DNA of 64,000 nucleotides from an uncultured Actinomycetota bacterium (GCA_963780835.1 CAWADQ010000042.1:24168-88167); one strand, 5' to 3'. Counted from the stretch's first letter, positions 46,056 through 56,569 are shown. A program made the numbers and translations. Notes: generated by a model not told the origin, from the letters alone.

Positions 46056-47645
46056 GTGTCCGAGCCGCCGCCCTCATATGCGGAGTTGGCGGCGTTGGTG
46101 GCCGAGCAGGCCGCCCAGCTGGCCGAGCAGGCGATGTTGATCGAGGCGTTGCGGGTCGAGTTGGAGGCGTTGCGGCGGCAGGTGGGCCGGGACTCCTCGA
46201 ACTCGTCGCAGCCGCCGAGCACGGACGGGCCGGCCGCGAAGGCCAAGGCCAAGGCCAAGGCCAAGGCCAAGGCCAAGGCCGAGGCGGCCCGGCAGCAGGC
46301 CGAGCAGCAGGGCCAGCTCTCGCCCGAGGAGCAGTCGGCCGCGACCGAGCCGTCGGGCCGGGGACGGCCCCGCCGCAAGCAGGGTGGGCAGCCGGGGCAT
46401 CGCGGCAGTGGCCTGGTCCCGGTGGCCACCCCGGATCGTCGGGAGCCGGTCGAGCCGTCTGGCTGCGGCGGCTGCGGCGGCGGCCTGGCCGACGCTCCCG
46501 GAACGGTCGGAACCCGGGTGCAGGTGTTCGACCTGCCGGGCTTCTCCCTCTCGGTCACCGAATATCAGATGATGCGCCGGGTGTGCGACTGCGGACACGC
46601 CACCACCGCGGACCTGCCGGCGGGGGTACGAGGTGGGCTGACCTGTTACGGCCCGAACGTGACCGCCGCGGCGACCCTGCTGGCCAGCCAGGACGTGCTC
46701 AGCATCGAACGCACCGCGGACCTGATGTCCACGCTGCTCGGGGCCCCGGTGTCCACCGGGTTCGTCTCCTGCTGCCTGACCCGGCTGGACGACGCGCTGA
46801 CCACGGCCGGGTTCGAACCGGCGCTCAAGACGGCGCTGGTCGCCCAGGAGGTGTTGGGCACCGACGAAACCCCCGCCCCGTTGACCGACGCCGCCACCCG
46901 CGAGCCGGACTGCCACAACCCGCACGTGTACACCGTGCGCACGATGCGGGCCCACACCGGCGGGGGTGCGGACCTGGTCTGGTACGGCGCAGCCGGTGAC
47001 CGCACCATGGCCTCGATCAGCTCATTCGGGATCCTCGACGACTTCCGTGGCGTGCTGGTCCGCGACGACTACGGCGGCTACGTCCACTACGACGACGACC
47101 TGGCCGGGGTCCAGCAATGCCTGGCTCACGTGCTGCGCTACCTCGACGACGCCCACGCCATCAACACCGACGTCCAGGCCTGGGCCCGCCAGGTCGCCGA
47201 CGCCCTCCGCGCAGCGATCCACGAGATCAACACCGCCCGCGCCGCCGGCCGAACCGACCTGGACACCGAACGCCTGACCCGGCTACGGAACAGCTACAAC
47301 AACGGCGTGAACGTCGGGATCTCCACCAACCTGTCCCGACCCTGGCCCAAGGGCAACCACCCCGGCCTGCAACTGGCCCGACGCCTCAAACGCAAAGCCC
47401 ACCAGGTGTGGCTGTTCACCACCCGTGCCGACGTGCCCCCCACGAACAACGGCTCGGAATCAGCGATCCGCGGGTTCAAGCTCGCCGCCAAGGTCCAAGG
47501 CTGCTGGCGCACCCTGCCCACCCTGCAACGGCACTGCCGGATCCGCTCCTACCTCGTCAGCGCCCGCAACCACGGACGCCGACCCATCGACGCCATCCGC
47601 GACGCCCTGACCGCCAGCCCGTGGATGCCACCCCAGGCGGCATGA
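46056..47645 (+). CDS. IS66 transposase, 529 aa
   Basis: Coiled coil, NSSQPPS, GGQPGH, CGGCG/CDCG zinc ribbon, DET, RDDY, QQCLAH, TNNGSE. Confidence 0.92.
   Translation: MSEPPPSYAELAALVAEQAAQLAEQAMLIEALRVELEALRRQVGRDSSNSSQPPSTDGPAAKAKAKAKAKAKAKAEAARQQAEQQGQLSPEEQSAATEPSGRGRPRRKQGGQPGHRGSGLVPVATPDRREPVEPSGCGGCGGGLADAPGTVGTRVQVFDLPGFSLSVTEYQMMRRVCDCGHATTADLPAGVRGGLTCYGPNVTAAATLLASQDVLSIERTADLMSTLLGAPVSTGFVSCCLTRLDDALTTAGFEPALKTALVAQEVLGTDETPAPLTDAATREPDCHNPHVYTVRTMRAHTGGGADLVWYGAAGDRTMASISSFGILDDFRGVLVRDDYGGYVHYDDDLAGVQQCLAHVLRYLDDAHAINTDVQAWARQVADALRAAIHEINTARAAGRTDLDTERLTRLRNSYNNGVNVGISTNLSRPWPKGNHPGLQLARRLKRKAHQVWLFTTRADVPPTNNGSESAIRGFKLAAKVQGCWRTLPTLQRHCRIRSYLVSARNHGRRPIDAIRDALTASPWMPPQAA
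46239..46280 (+). repeat. (AAGGCC)7 microsatellite encoding (KA)7 in the IS66 transposase
   Basis: Seven perfect in-frame hexamer copies. Confidence 0.9.
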
Positions 47646-47712
47646 TCAACTTCCCCCTGACTGCTAACCGGAAAATAGACGTGAGCCGACCGCGTAGACC
47701 GCGTTGGCGGTC

Positions 47713-49065
47713 TCAGGCGGCGGCTTGGGTGAGGGTCACGGTGAAGCCGAGTGCCTCGAGCTGTCGGATGTGGCTGCGGGCTCGGCGGTCCTTGTTGGTG
47801 CGGCTTGCGTAGTAGTCCGGGCCGAGGTCTTGGTAGCGGGCGGTTGGGTCGGCCAGTAGCTGCCAGATGATGACCAGGATGGACCGGGCGACGGCGACGA
47901 GGGCCTTGAGCTTGCCGCGGCGTTTGACGATGCGCCGGTAGCGTTCGCCGAGGAAGGTGTCGGTGCGGGCGGCCGCGGCGGCGGCCTCGCCCAGGACGCC
48001 TTTCAGGTAGGGGTTTCCCTTTCCGGTGCGCCCGGAGCGGCTGGTGGCCCCGGACTGGATGGTGCGCGGGGAGAGCTTGGCCCAGGACACCAGGTGACCG
48101 GCGGTGGGGAATCTGCCCATGTCCAGGCCGATCTCGGCGATGATGGCCTGGGCGCCCTGCGGGCCGATGCCGGTGATCTGGTCCAGGCGATCGATGGCGG
48201 GCAGCAGCGCGGCGTCCGCGCCCCGGCCGGCGCTGGGGCCGGTGGTGCCGTCGGCGTCGGCGCCCTGGGCGGCGGGGATGGCTGCGATCAGTTCCTCGAT
48301 GCGGGTGGTGAGCCGATCGATCTGCTTGGTGAGCTGGTCGATCTGGTCCAGCAGCATCCGGGTCAGCTCGGCGTGATGGGCGTCGAAACGGCCGGTGAGC
48401 GCTTCGATCAGCGCGGTCCGCTTGGCCTTCATCCGACCGCGGGCCAGGTCGGCGAGCACCTTCGGGTCCCGTTCCCCGGCGATGAGCGCCTCCAGCATGT
48501 CCCGCACCGACTTGGTGTCCAGCGTGGAGGCCACGGCCGAGACCTTGATCAGCGAGTCCTCCAGCAGCTTCTCCAGCCGCTGCCAGTACCGGGTGCGTTC
48601 CCGCGTCAGGTCCACGCGCATCCGGGTGTAGTCGCGCAACTGGCGGATCTCGACCGGCGGGACGAAGCTGGGCCGCAGCATGCCCCGTTCGGTCATCTTC
48701 GCCTGCCAGACACTGTCCAGCTTGTCGGTCTTCGGCCGGCCGGGCGCGTTCTTGATGTCGCGGGCGTTGACCAGCTGCACGTCCAGGCCGGTGGCTTCCA
48801 GCAGGTAGAACCAGATCCGCCAGTAGTCCGAGGTCGACTCCAGGGTGACCTTCTCGATCTCCTCGCCCGCCAGGTACTCGCCGAGTTCCACGATGGCGTT
48901 CGTGGTGGCCTCTACGTCCCACACCCGGGTCCGCCGCTGCCCGGGACGGGAGGGATGCGGCACCCGGGTGCACACCTTCCCCGACGCCTTGCCCACATCG
49001 ATCGCGCAGACTCGTTCCAAGACCCGCTCGTAGGCCTGGTCCTCGATCTCCTCCGGTTCCCTCAC
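47713..49065 (-). CDS. IS110 DEDD recombinase/transposase, 450 aa
   Basis: GTG 49065 with GAAGGGG RBS; AIDVGK, LESTSDYW, KTDKLD, GIGP, IQSG (catalytic Ser-type motif), GNPYLK. Confidence 0.92.
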   Translation of the reverse strand: MREPEEIEDQAYERVLERVCAIDVGKASGKVCTRVPHPSRPGQRRTRVWDVEATTNAIVELGEYLAGEEIEKVTLESTSDYWRIWFYLLEATGLDVQLVNARDIKNAPGRPKTDKLDSVWQAKMTERGMLRPSFVPPVEIRQLRDYTRMRVDLTRERTRYWQRLEKLLEDSLIKVSAVASTLDTKSVRDMLEALIAGERDPKVLADLARGRMKAKRTALIEALTGRFDAHHAELTRMLLDQIDQLTKQIDRLTTRIEELIAAIPAAQGADADGTTGPSAGRGADAALLPAIDRLDQITGIGPQGAQAIIAEIGLDMGRFPTAGHLVSWAKLSPRTIQSGATSRSGRTGKGNPYLKGVLGEAAAAAARTDTFLGERYRRIVKRRGKLKALVAVARSILVIIWQLLADPTARYQDLGPDYYASRTNKDRRARSHIRQLEALGFTVTLTQAAA

Positions 49066-49074
49066 CGGCCACCC

Positions 49075-49290
49075 CTTCACCGCAGCAACAGTGTCCACGG
49101 GATGCCCGGGGGCCTCGGTCGGGAAGCCGAAATCTAACCGGCGTGCTCGAAGCAACAGTGCGTGACCCGTCAGGTCAAGGCCCCGGCGCCAGACTAACGC
49201 GCGGGCTGACATCCCAAGCAAACAGCGGCGTCGGCGGGCAACCCGCCCCCATTTTCCCGCATGCGCGGCGTCCCGGAAGGGATACCCCGA
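49075..49290 (-). ncRNA. Putative IS110 bridge RNA
   Basis: ~220-nt noncoding end upstream of the recombinase; contains CTAACGCG (49194-49201, 7/8 match to the target flank) and CTAACCGG (49134-49141, 8/8 match to the element's own end). Confidence 0.6.
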
Positions 49291-49295
49291 CTAAC

Positions 49296-49853
49296 GTGGT
49301 CGAGGCGCTCGGAATGATCACCTCACGGCTCGACGCGTGGCTGATCGCCGAGGGCGTCGAGACCACCGCCGAGCTCGACCGCCTCCTGTCACTGCGCGTG
49401 CCGCTCGTCCAGGGCTACGGGCTCGGTCGGCCAGGACCCACGATGGGGGCGGGCCACCCCGAGGCGATCGCGCTGTGCCGGCGGCGCAGGTCCGTCGCCA
49501 CCTACGGCGGGCTGTTCGACCTCGCCGAACATGCCCCACGCGTCACCACGACCGAAGCCGCCCCGGTCACCTTCGCCACGAACCCTCCGGCCACCTGGGT
49601 GGCGGTCGTCGACGAACACGACCGACCGGTCAACCTCGTCGACCGGCGCGGCGGCGCACATCCGCCGCTCAGCGTGCTACCGACCGAGCGGCTGCCCGAC
49701 GTGGCCAGGCGCGTCGCGTCCCGCCCGCCGAACGACCGCCACGCCCCGGTAGCGCTGTGCGACGAACACGCACGGCTCGTCGGACTCGTCACCGTCGAGC
49801 GGATGATCGGCCGACTCGCCGACGCACTCGACTTCCATTGCAGCCCGCCCTGA
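49296..49853 (+). pseudogene. EAL protein, 3' part, with a CBS-like C-terminus
   Basis: Resumes at VVEALG after the TSD; IAEGVET, VQGYGLGRP. Confidence 0.85.
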
Positions 49854-49979
49854 CCGAGACTCTTCCCCGCGCGACACACCCTCGTCAACATTGCCCGAAA
49901 TGTCCCTTCTCTCGCGTCGGGCACAGTGGCATCATTCTCGGCAATCTCACCTTGACCACGAGGTCCACGGGAGGCCGAC

Positions 49980-50414
49980 ATGGCGCGCTACCTCGTCGTC
50001 GCCCACCAGACAGTCACGAGCCCGGAGCTGCTGGAGAAGGTCCGCGTCATTCGGGAGCAGCAGAAGGACGCGGAGTTCGTGTTGCTCGTGCCGGCGACGC
50101 CGGTCCGGCACCTGCTTTTCCGCCGCGGCGACGAGCACGATGCCGAGGCCACGGCGCGAAAGCGCGTGGAACGGGGGCGAGCGCTGTTCGCGAAGAAGGG
50201 GCTCGCCCTGCACGACGCCAAGGTCGGTGCTGCTGACCCGGCCGTCGCGATCGACCTTGAGGTGAAGGCTGACCCGGGCTACACGGGGTTCGTCATCTCC
50301 ACTCTGCCCGCGGAGAAGTCGCAATGGCTGGGGATGGACCTGCCGCGTACGGTCCAGGCGAAGTACCAGCTCCCCGTTCACCACGTCGTCGCAGCGCTGC
50401 CTCCGGGGTGGTGA
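49980..50414 (+). CDS. Universal-stress-protein-like hypothetical protein, 144 aa
   Basis: GGGAGG RBS; YLVVAHQT, LLVPATP, VISTLP..SQWL..DLP, PVHHV. Confidence 0.65.
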   Translation: MARYLVVAHQTVTSPELLEKVRVIREQQKDAEFVLLVPATPVRHLLFRRGDEHDAEATARKRVERGRALFAKKGLALHDAKVGAADPAVAIDLEVKADPGYTGFVISTLPAEKSQWLGMDLPRTVQAKYQLPVHHVVAALPPGW

Positions 50415-50440
50415 TGAGGCGGAGCGGGCAAGGCGATCTT

Positions 50441-50690
50441 GGTGCTTTCCCGGATCTGGCCGACATTTCGTGATCGCGCTGGCCCCGGCGTGTCGCCCGA
50501 TGGAGTGACAGCGCCTTCGTGATCATGTCCGCGGTGCGATCTTGCGTCGATGCGGGCGTTGCTCCCGCAACTGGTAGGCACGGTGATCGAGCGGGTCGAA
50601 CGGGTAGCGGATCGAGTGGTCATCACCGCGAGCGCCGCCGGGACGCAGGCGAGTTGTCCACGGTGCGCAACGGCGGCGACGCGGATGACA
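50441..50690 (+). mobile_element. ISL3-family left-end remnant
   Basis: From ATG 50550: LLPQLVGTVIERVERVADRVVITASAAGTQASCPRCAT, resembling an ISL3 N-terminal zinc finger; possible decayed IR at 50441. Confidence 0.55.
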
Positions 50691-51354
50691 CAAGGCGACC
50701 AGGTCGTCAGCGTATAGCGTGGCCCCGTGCGGTGAGGGTCGCTCTACAGGAAAGATGCAGGGCGGTCTTGGTATCGACGTCAGATGAGCCGATCGATACG
50801 GACGCACTCCGCGCGCGCTACGCCATGAAGGCCGACGCCCGATCATGCCACTCGCCGCCGGACCGTCAAGAACATGGTGTGTCGGCCCCTGCGGCCGGGC
50901 GCCCGCTCGTGCGCGCCGCGGCCGCGCTCGGCGCGGGGAGCCGCGGCGCGCTCAGCGACAGCTGAGACGGTCTCGACGAGCGGTGGGCCGGACTCTGCGG
51001 CCGTCGCCGCAGCCATAGGTCAGCTCGCAGCGATGCTGGACCTGTCGACGAGTTCCCCCGAAGCGGTGCCGCGGGTCCTCGAACCTGGCGACCTCGCCGC
51101 CGCTCTCACACCAGACGACGCACCCGCAGCGGTGAGCGACACCGGCCGGATGCTCGTCGTCTTCAGCGGCGACCTGCAAGCCGTACTTCCCGCCTGGCGA
51201 CTGATCATCTCTGCGCCCGACGGCGTCGAGGTCGTCGGAAGCAGGCGAACGACGCGTTGGGTCGGCTCACCGAGTTCGACGGGCCGGTCGACGGCGACCA
51301 TCCCGCCGATCAGGGCGGTGAGTCTTCGCGGCGGCGTTCGCGGTGCCCTTCCCT

Positions 51355-51520
51355 GACAGGGTGAGCGTGTCAGCCAGCAGACGGGTCAGGCCGCAGCGGG
51401 CGGCCAGGGCCAACACCGTGGACCAGCCCGGCACACGACACGAGGTTGGGATCGTCGAACCGCACCCGGATCGCGGAGCGGACGTGGGATAGTCGCATCC
51501 AGCGGATGCCCTTCTGTCTG
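51355..51520 (-). mobile_element. IS1380-family transposase N-terminal remnant
   Basis: MRLSH...RFDDPNLVSCAGLV, then (frameshift) VLALA..CGL. Confidence 0.7.
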
Positions 51521-51747
51521 GGATTGAACGCCGACGAGGGCGCCCCGATGGCTACCGACTGCATCTGCCGCCTCTCTCGATGTCGAAGGTCGTCGCCGCA
51601 GCGTGCGTCAGGCAGCTGCTCGAGCGGGCCGGATCGCGTTGCACGAGCCGGTCTGAGTTCTCAGTCCTTCACGACCGCGACCTTCGGGCCGCCGAACTCG
51701 GACCTCTTCGCCTCGTGATCGACCTCGGCCGTTCGGCCGAGCGCCGT

Positions 51748-52365
51748 CTACGGAACGAAGAAGATGTATTCGGCGCTGCTGCGCTCGACGGGGGCGAACC
51801 CGTTGAGGCTCAGGGCGGCGAATCCGGAGACCGGCGGGTCGAAGTCGAATGTTCCTTCGCAGTAGAACGTGGCAGCCACATCCCGCACCTCCCTGCCGGT
51901 CCTGGGGTCCCGTAGCAGCGGATAGGCGAGGGAGATGAAATGGTTCACCCCGTCCATCACGCGCTCACCCGACGCGATCAGCGTGAACGACGCAGCCGCC
52001 GCCGTCGCGTCCGTCACCCGTGGGACGGAGACGGCCTCGTTGAAGCTCAGCGTTGTGGGATCTGGTTGACCGAGCGGCGAGATGCCCTGCAGTCCGAATA
52101 CCGCCGACTGCATCCAGCTCGGGTCGGCGGGGTTGAACGGGTGACCGTTCTCGGTGCCGTCCTCCACCCGCAGACCTGCGAACCAGGTACTGCCGTCCGT
52201 CCGGGAAGGCGGTGGTGCGGCGATCTGCACCTGGAAAAAACGGGCGGGAGCCGAGTCCGGTACCGGTTCAGTTGCCGGTCGCAGCTTCGCCCCCAGCCGA
52301 TACTCAAGACCGTTCGACGTCACGCTCAAAAGATCGAGAACCGCGTCACTGCTCCCGTGGCCCAT
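51748..52365 (-). CDS. Hypothetical beta-rich protein, ~205 aa
   Basis: Open frame divergent from the cyclase gene; no known motif. Confidence 0.55.
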   Translation of the reverse strand: MGHGSSDAVLDLLSVTSNGLEYRLGAKLRPATEPVPDSAPARFFQVQIAAPPPSRTDGSTWFAGLRVEDGTENGHPFNPADPSWMQSAVFGLQGISPLGQPDPTTLSFNEAVSVPRVTDATAAAASFTLIASGERVMDGVNHFISLAYPLLRDPRTGREVRDVAATFYCEGTFDFDPPVSGFAALSLNGFAPVERSSAEYIFFVP

Positions 52366-52465
52366 GGTACGTCGCTCTCTGTGTCGAGGTGAGTCGACGA
52401 TTAGTGCATCCGAGTTGACTGATGTCGTACGGTAGCCGCGCGGTCGTTCTCGAACAAGGGACCAT

Positions 52466-55400
52466 ATGCGAACGGACCGGACGCTCGACTGCGAAGACAC
52501 CGGCGCTCGCGCGCGCCCGAGTTCGGCATGGTGGTCCCACGTACCCGACTATGTGATCGACGTTGTGCGCGATCATTCCGGCTCCATTCCGCTGGCGAGC
52601 GGTGATCCGCTGGACGCCGTGGTGCTGTTCGCCGACGTCGCCGGGTTCACGCCGATGAGCGAGGCGCTCGGCCGTTCCGGGAGCCACGGCACGGAGGAGT
52701 TGACCGGGGTCCTCAACCGCTGGTTCGCGGCGATGAGCGAACGGATCACCCAGCACGGCGGCAGCATCGCCGAGTTCGCGGGCGATGCCCTGATCGGGGT
52801 CTTCGCGTGCGGTGCACGACCGCGCCGGGCTGCGCGGGGGGCCGTGCGGTGCGCGTTGGACATGCAGGCCGACATGTCCCGCTTCCAGATCGTCGAGACC
52901 GAGGCCGGGTCGTTCCGGCTGGCGATGAAGGTCGGCCTCGGGGCCGGTCCGCTGCTGCAGACCGTCATGGGCGACCCGGCCGTGCGGCTCGGGTACGTGC
53001 TCGCAGGCCCCGCGCTCGACCGCGCTGCCGCCGCAGAGCACCACGCCCGGGGCGCCGAGGTCGTCGTGCACGACGGACTGCGCGACGACCTGGACGACGC
53101 CGACGTCGTGGAGCGCGACGGCGGTTGGTTGCTGGTGCGCGGCCTGTGCGATGCTCCCGTCGCCGTGTCGACCGCCGGGCGTGTGCCCCTCGGCGACGCG
53201 GCGACGGGCCGGTTGGCTCGGTTCCTACACCCTGCCATCGCGGACCGGCTGCGGTCGGGGCGGCGAGAGCTCGTGAACGAGCATCGCAAGGTCACAGCCG
53301 CATTCGTCGGGCTGCCGCGTGCGGCAATCGACGACCGCGACTCGGTGGCAGCACTCCAGCGCTCCCTCGCCGCCGCGGTCCGGCTCATCGCGGACTACGG
53401 CGGCCACTTCCGGCATGTGGCCGTCGACGACCGCGGCCACGTCCTCGTGGCCTTCTTCGGCACACCGGTCAGCCACGAGGACGACGAGGAGCGGGCGGTT
53501 CGCTGCTGTCTGGAGCTGCTGCGCCTGCCAGGGGGGCCGTTTCGGGCAGGGCTCGGGACCGGACCGGTCTACTGCGGTGAGGTAGGGACTGACGCGCGCC
53601 GCGAGTACGCCGTGATCGGCGACTCGGTCAACCTCGCGGCCCGCCTCATGCAGATGGCGCACGACGGTCAACTGCTGGTCGACCGGACCACCCACGACAG
53701 GGTCCGCCACCACACCGTTCACGACCGGATCGACCCGGTCGCTGTCAAGGGCAAGTCCGGACCGGTCGGAGTCTGGGGTGTCCGCGCTGTCCGCGAGCGG
53801 CCGGTCGCCGGACCTGCCGACTTGCGGACCGCGCAACCGATCGTCGGCCGCGCGACGGAGGTCACCCGTGGCCGCGAGCTCATCGCTCGGGTGCTCGCGG
53901 GCGCCGGTCAGGTCCTCTGCCTCACCGGTGCCGCAGGGATCGGCAAGTCGCGGCTCACCGCGGAGATCGTCGAGATCGCGCGGCGACAGGGGTTCAAGGT
54001 TTTCGGCGGTGCGTCCCGCTCCCTCGGCACGACGACCAGCTACCTGACCTGGCGCTCGATCTGGCGGGACGTGCTCGGACTCGACCCGGCGGCACCCGTC
54101 CCCGACCAGCAGACCGCACTCGTAGAGCGGATCGCCCGGCACACCGCGGGCGCCGACCAACGAGTGTCCCTGCTCGCCCCGGTCCTGAACGTCCCCCTGC
54201 CCGACAGCGCGCTCGTCGCGGCGCTCGACCCGCAGGCCCGGGCCGGGCTCCTGCAGTCCCTCCTGCTCGACTGCCTGTGCGACCTCGCGTCGTCGGCACC
54301 CGTCGTGCTCGTGCTCGAAGACTGCCACTGGATCGACCCGGCGTCCGCGACCCTGCTGGACTTCCTGGCGCGCCACATCGGCGACCGGCGCGTCCTGCTG
54401 GTGCTGACGTCGCGCGAGCCGGCGGCCGTGCCGCCCTTGGCCGAGCTGGCGCCGCTCGCGCACATCACCGAGGTCCGCCTGGACGAGCTCGGCCGAGCGG
54501 AGGCGGCGCGACTCGTCGGCATCCGACTGCGCGAGCGCTTCCCGACGAGTGACCCCGCCGATCCGGCCGTGGTCGAGCGCATCGCGGAGCAGGGCGAGGG
54601 CAACCCCTTCTACCTCGGGGAGATCGTCAACTTCCTCTACGCCAAGGGCCTCGGGCCGCCCGACCGGCACGATCTCGCGACGCTGGAGCTGCCCGACGGG
54701 CTCCAACGGTTGCTGATGGCCCGCCTGGACCAGCTCAGCGAGGGCGAGCAGGCGACGATCAAGGTGGCGAGCGTCATCGGCCGGCGGTTCCGCGCGGGCT
54801 GGATCTCGGGCGCATACCCGGCGGCGGGCGGGCCAGAGGAGGTCGTGCGCCACCTCGCGCGCCTGCACGAGCTCGACCTGACGCCATGCCGCACCACCGC
54901 GGGTGACGGGGAGTACGAGTTCAAGCACGCGATGACGCAGGAGGCGGCTTACCAGAGTTTGACGTTCGGGATGCGCGAGACGCTCCACGAACGCGTCGGC
55001 ATGCTGATCGAGACGACGGTCACCGACAAGGTTGGCCAGTACGTCGACCTGCTCGCCCACCACTACGGACGCACGAAGCGGTTCGACAAGCAGCGCGTCT
55101 GGTTCCGCGCCGCCGGCGACGCGGCCAAAGCCGCGTTCGCCAACGATGCCGCCGTGGGCTACTACGACCGGTTGCTCCCATTGCTGCGGAAGGACGAGAC
55201 GGGTGACGTGCTGGTCGATATGGGCGGCGTCTGGCAGCTCACCGGCCGGTGGGCCGAGGCCGAGCGGGCCTACCAGGAGGCGCTGGAGGTGGCTCGCGAT
55301 GCTCGCCGTCCAGCCGTAATCGCCGCCGCCGAGCGCGACCTCGGCGACCTGTACATGTACAACCGGTCGTACGCCGAGGCGGTGACCTGGCTGCGGCGGG

Positions 55401-56569
55401 CGGTCGACGGGTTCGAGCGCCTCGGCGACGACGCTGGCCTGTGCCGGGCTCTGGACCGGTTGACGTTCGCCCTGCTCCAGCAGGGGGCCTACGCCGAGGC
55501 GCTGACGACCGCGGAGCGCCACCGCGCGCTGGCGGCCGACATCGGCGACCTGGCCGGCGTGAGCATCGCGATCAACCACGCCGGGCTGGTGCACCTACAG
55601 TTCCGACGGCTCGACGAGGCGCGCCGGCTCTTCCGGCAGGCGCTCGACACGGCGGACCGGACGGCCGACCGCCGCTGCCTGCTGCACGCCGCCAACAACC
55701 TCGCGCTGGCCTACTCGTGGTCCGGCGAGCACCTGACCGCCCTCGCCCACGGACGGAGGGCGTTCGAGGTGGCCCAGGAGATCGGGTTCCGGCAGACCGC
55801 GGGCCTGGCGATCGGCAACATGGGCGAGATCTACAGGGACGAGGGGGACCACGACCGGGCGACCCGGTGCTGCGCCTACGCGTTGCGGATCGCCGTCGAG
55901 CTGCGCGACTGGACCAGCGTCGCCGACCAGGTGGCGACGGCCGCCGTGGTGGCGGCCGCCCAGGGCCTGCGCGCGGAGGCAGAGCGGCTCTTCGGACAGG
56001 CCGTCGCGCTCGCCCGGCACGTCGACGCCCCGTACCTGCTGTGCGGCTGGCTGCACCGGACGGCGACGCTGCAGGTCGAACAGGGCCGGTTCGAGGTGGC
56101 CGAGCGGGTGAACCAGGAGGCACTGGACATCGCCGCCGCGCACGAGGAGCGCGACGTCCAGGTCCGTGCCACGGTGCTCGCGCACCGTCTGCGCGTCACG
56201 CTGGGTCGCGTGAGCGCGGACGAGGCGGTCGCGAACCTCCGGCGGCTGGAGGACGCCTGGACGGAGCCGCACGAACGGGCGCTGATCCTCGAGGCCCGGT
56301 GGCGGCTCGACCCGGCCGACGGGGCGGCCCGGTCCGCCGCCGCAGACCTGTACCGCGACCTGTACGAGCGGACGCCGCGCGTCGAGTACCGGGACGCCCA
56401 TGCGTTCCTGACCGGCACCCTCCTCCCGGCCGGCCGGCCGTTGCCGCCGTTGCCGGACGCGCTCGCGGAGGTGACCGCGAGCATCTCCGACCTGTTGGGG
56501 CAGGTCGATCAGATCGTGTCGGAGCTCGCGAGCAGGCCCAGCCCCGGGATGGAGGGCGCGAAGGCGTAG
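52466..56569 (+). CDS. Class III adenylate/guanylate cyclase (two domains) + STAND ATPase + TPR, soluble-AC/ADCY10-like, 1367 aa
   Basis: LFADVAGFT, EFAGDAL; second domain DDRG..FFGTP..EDDEERA, GDSVNLAARL; GAAGIGKS, LEDCHW, GNPFY, FKH; TPR helices. Confidence 0.9.
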   Translation: MRTDRTLDCEDTGARARPSSAWWSHVPDYVIDVVRDHSGSIPLASGDPLDAVVLFADVAGFTPMSEALGRSGSHGTEELTGVLNRWFAAMSERITQHGGSIAEFAGDALIGVFACGARPRRAARGAVRCALDMQADMSRFQIVETEAGSFRLAMKVGLGAGPLLQTVMGDPAVRLGYVLAGPALDRAAAAEHHARGAEVVVHDGLRDDLDDADVVERDGGWLLVRGLCDAPVAVSTAGRVPLGDAATGRLARFLHPAIADRLRSGRRELVNEHRKVTAAFVGLPRAAIDDRDSVAALQRSLAAAVRLIADYGGHFRHVAVDDRGHVLVAFFGTPVSHEDDEERAVRCCLELLRLPGGPFRAGLGTGPVYCGEVGTDARREYAVIGDSVNLAARLMQMAHDGQLLVDRTTHDRVRHHTVHDRIDPVAVKGKSGPVGVWGVRAVRERPVAGPADLRTAQPIVGRATEVTRGRELIARVLAGAGQVLCLTGAAGIGKSRLTAEIVEIARRQGFKVFGGASRSLGTTTSYLTWRSIWRDVLGLDPAAPVPDQQTALVERIARHTAGADQRVSLLAPVLNVPLPDSALVAALDPQARAGLLQSLLLDCLCDLASSAPVVLVLEDCHWIDPASATLLDFLARHIGDRRVLLVLTSREPAAVPPLAELAPLAHITEVRLDELGRAEAARLVGIRLRERFPTSDPADPAVVERIAEQGEGNPFYLGEIVNFLYAKGLGPPDRHDLATLELPDGLQRLLMARLDQLSEGEQATIKVASVIGRRFRAGWISGAYPAAGGPEEVVRHLARLHELDLTPCRTTAGDGEYEFKHAMTQEAAYQSLTFGMRETLHERVGMLIETTVTDKVGQYVDLLAHHYGRTKRFDKQRVWFRAAGDAAKAAFANDAAVGYYDRLLPLLRKDETGDVLVDMGGVWQLTGRWAEAERAYQEALEVARDARRPAVIAAAERDLGDLYMYNRSYAEAVTWLRRAVDGFERLGDDAGLCRALDRLTFALLQQGAYAEALTTAERHRALAADIGDLAGVSIAINHAGLVHLQFRRLDEARRLFRQALDTADRTADRRCLLHAANNLALAYSWSGEHLTALAHGRRAFEVAQEIGFRQTAGLAIGNMGEIYRDEGDHDRATRCCAYALRIAVELRDWTSVADQVATAAVVAAAQGLRAEAERLFGQAVALARHVDAPYLLCGWLHRTATLQVEQGRFEVAERVNQEALDIAAAHEERDVQVRATVLAHRLRVTLGRVSADEAVANLRRLEDAWTEPHERALILEARWRLDPADGAARSAAADLYRDLYERTPRVEYRDAHAFLTGTLLPAGRPLPPLPDALAEVTASISDLLGQVDQIVSELASRPSPGMEGAKA

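Larger units (their letters stand above)
45978..47668 (+). mobile_element. IS66-family element (single-ORF type)
   Basis: Left end GTAAGCAGTCAG; right end CTGACTGCTAAC (11/12 inverted match); 8-bp TSD GTGGTCGA at 45970-45977 and 49296-49303. Confidence 0.9.
47664..49295 (-). mobile_element. IS110-family element inserted in the IS66 right terminus
   Basis: CTAAC at both junctions (47664-47668 and 49291-49295); removing the element restores the IS66 right end directly against the TSD. Confidence 0.88.

Noticed and set aside
50700..51356. ORFs 50519-50965 and 50874-51356, and a TTGACG-N16-CATGAT promoter-like motif on the minus strand (~50842-50869)
   Set aside because: They lie between IS remnants, show no recognisable motif and have no clear downstream gene; probably decayed sequence.
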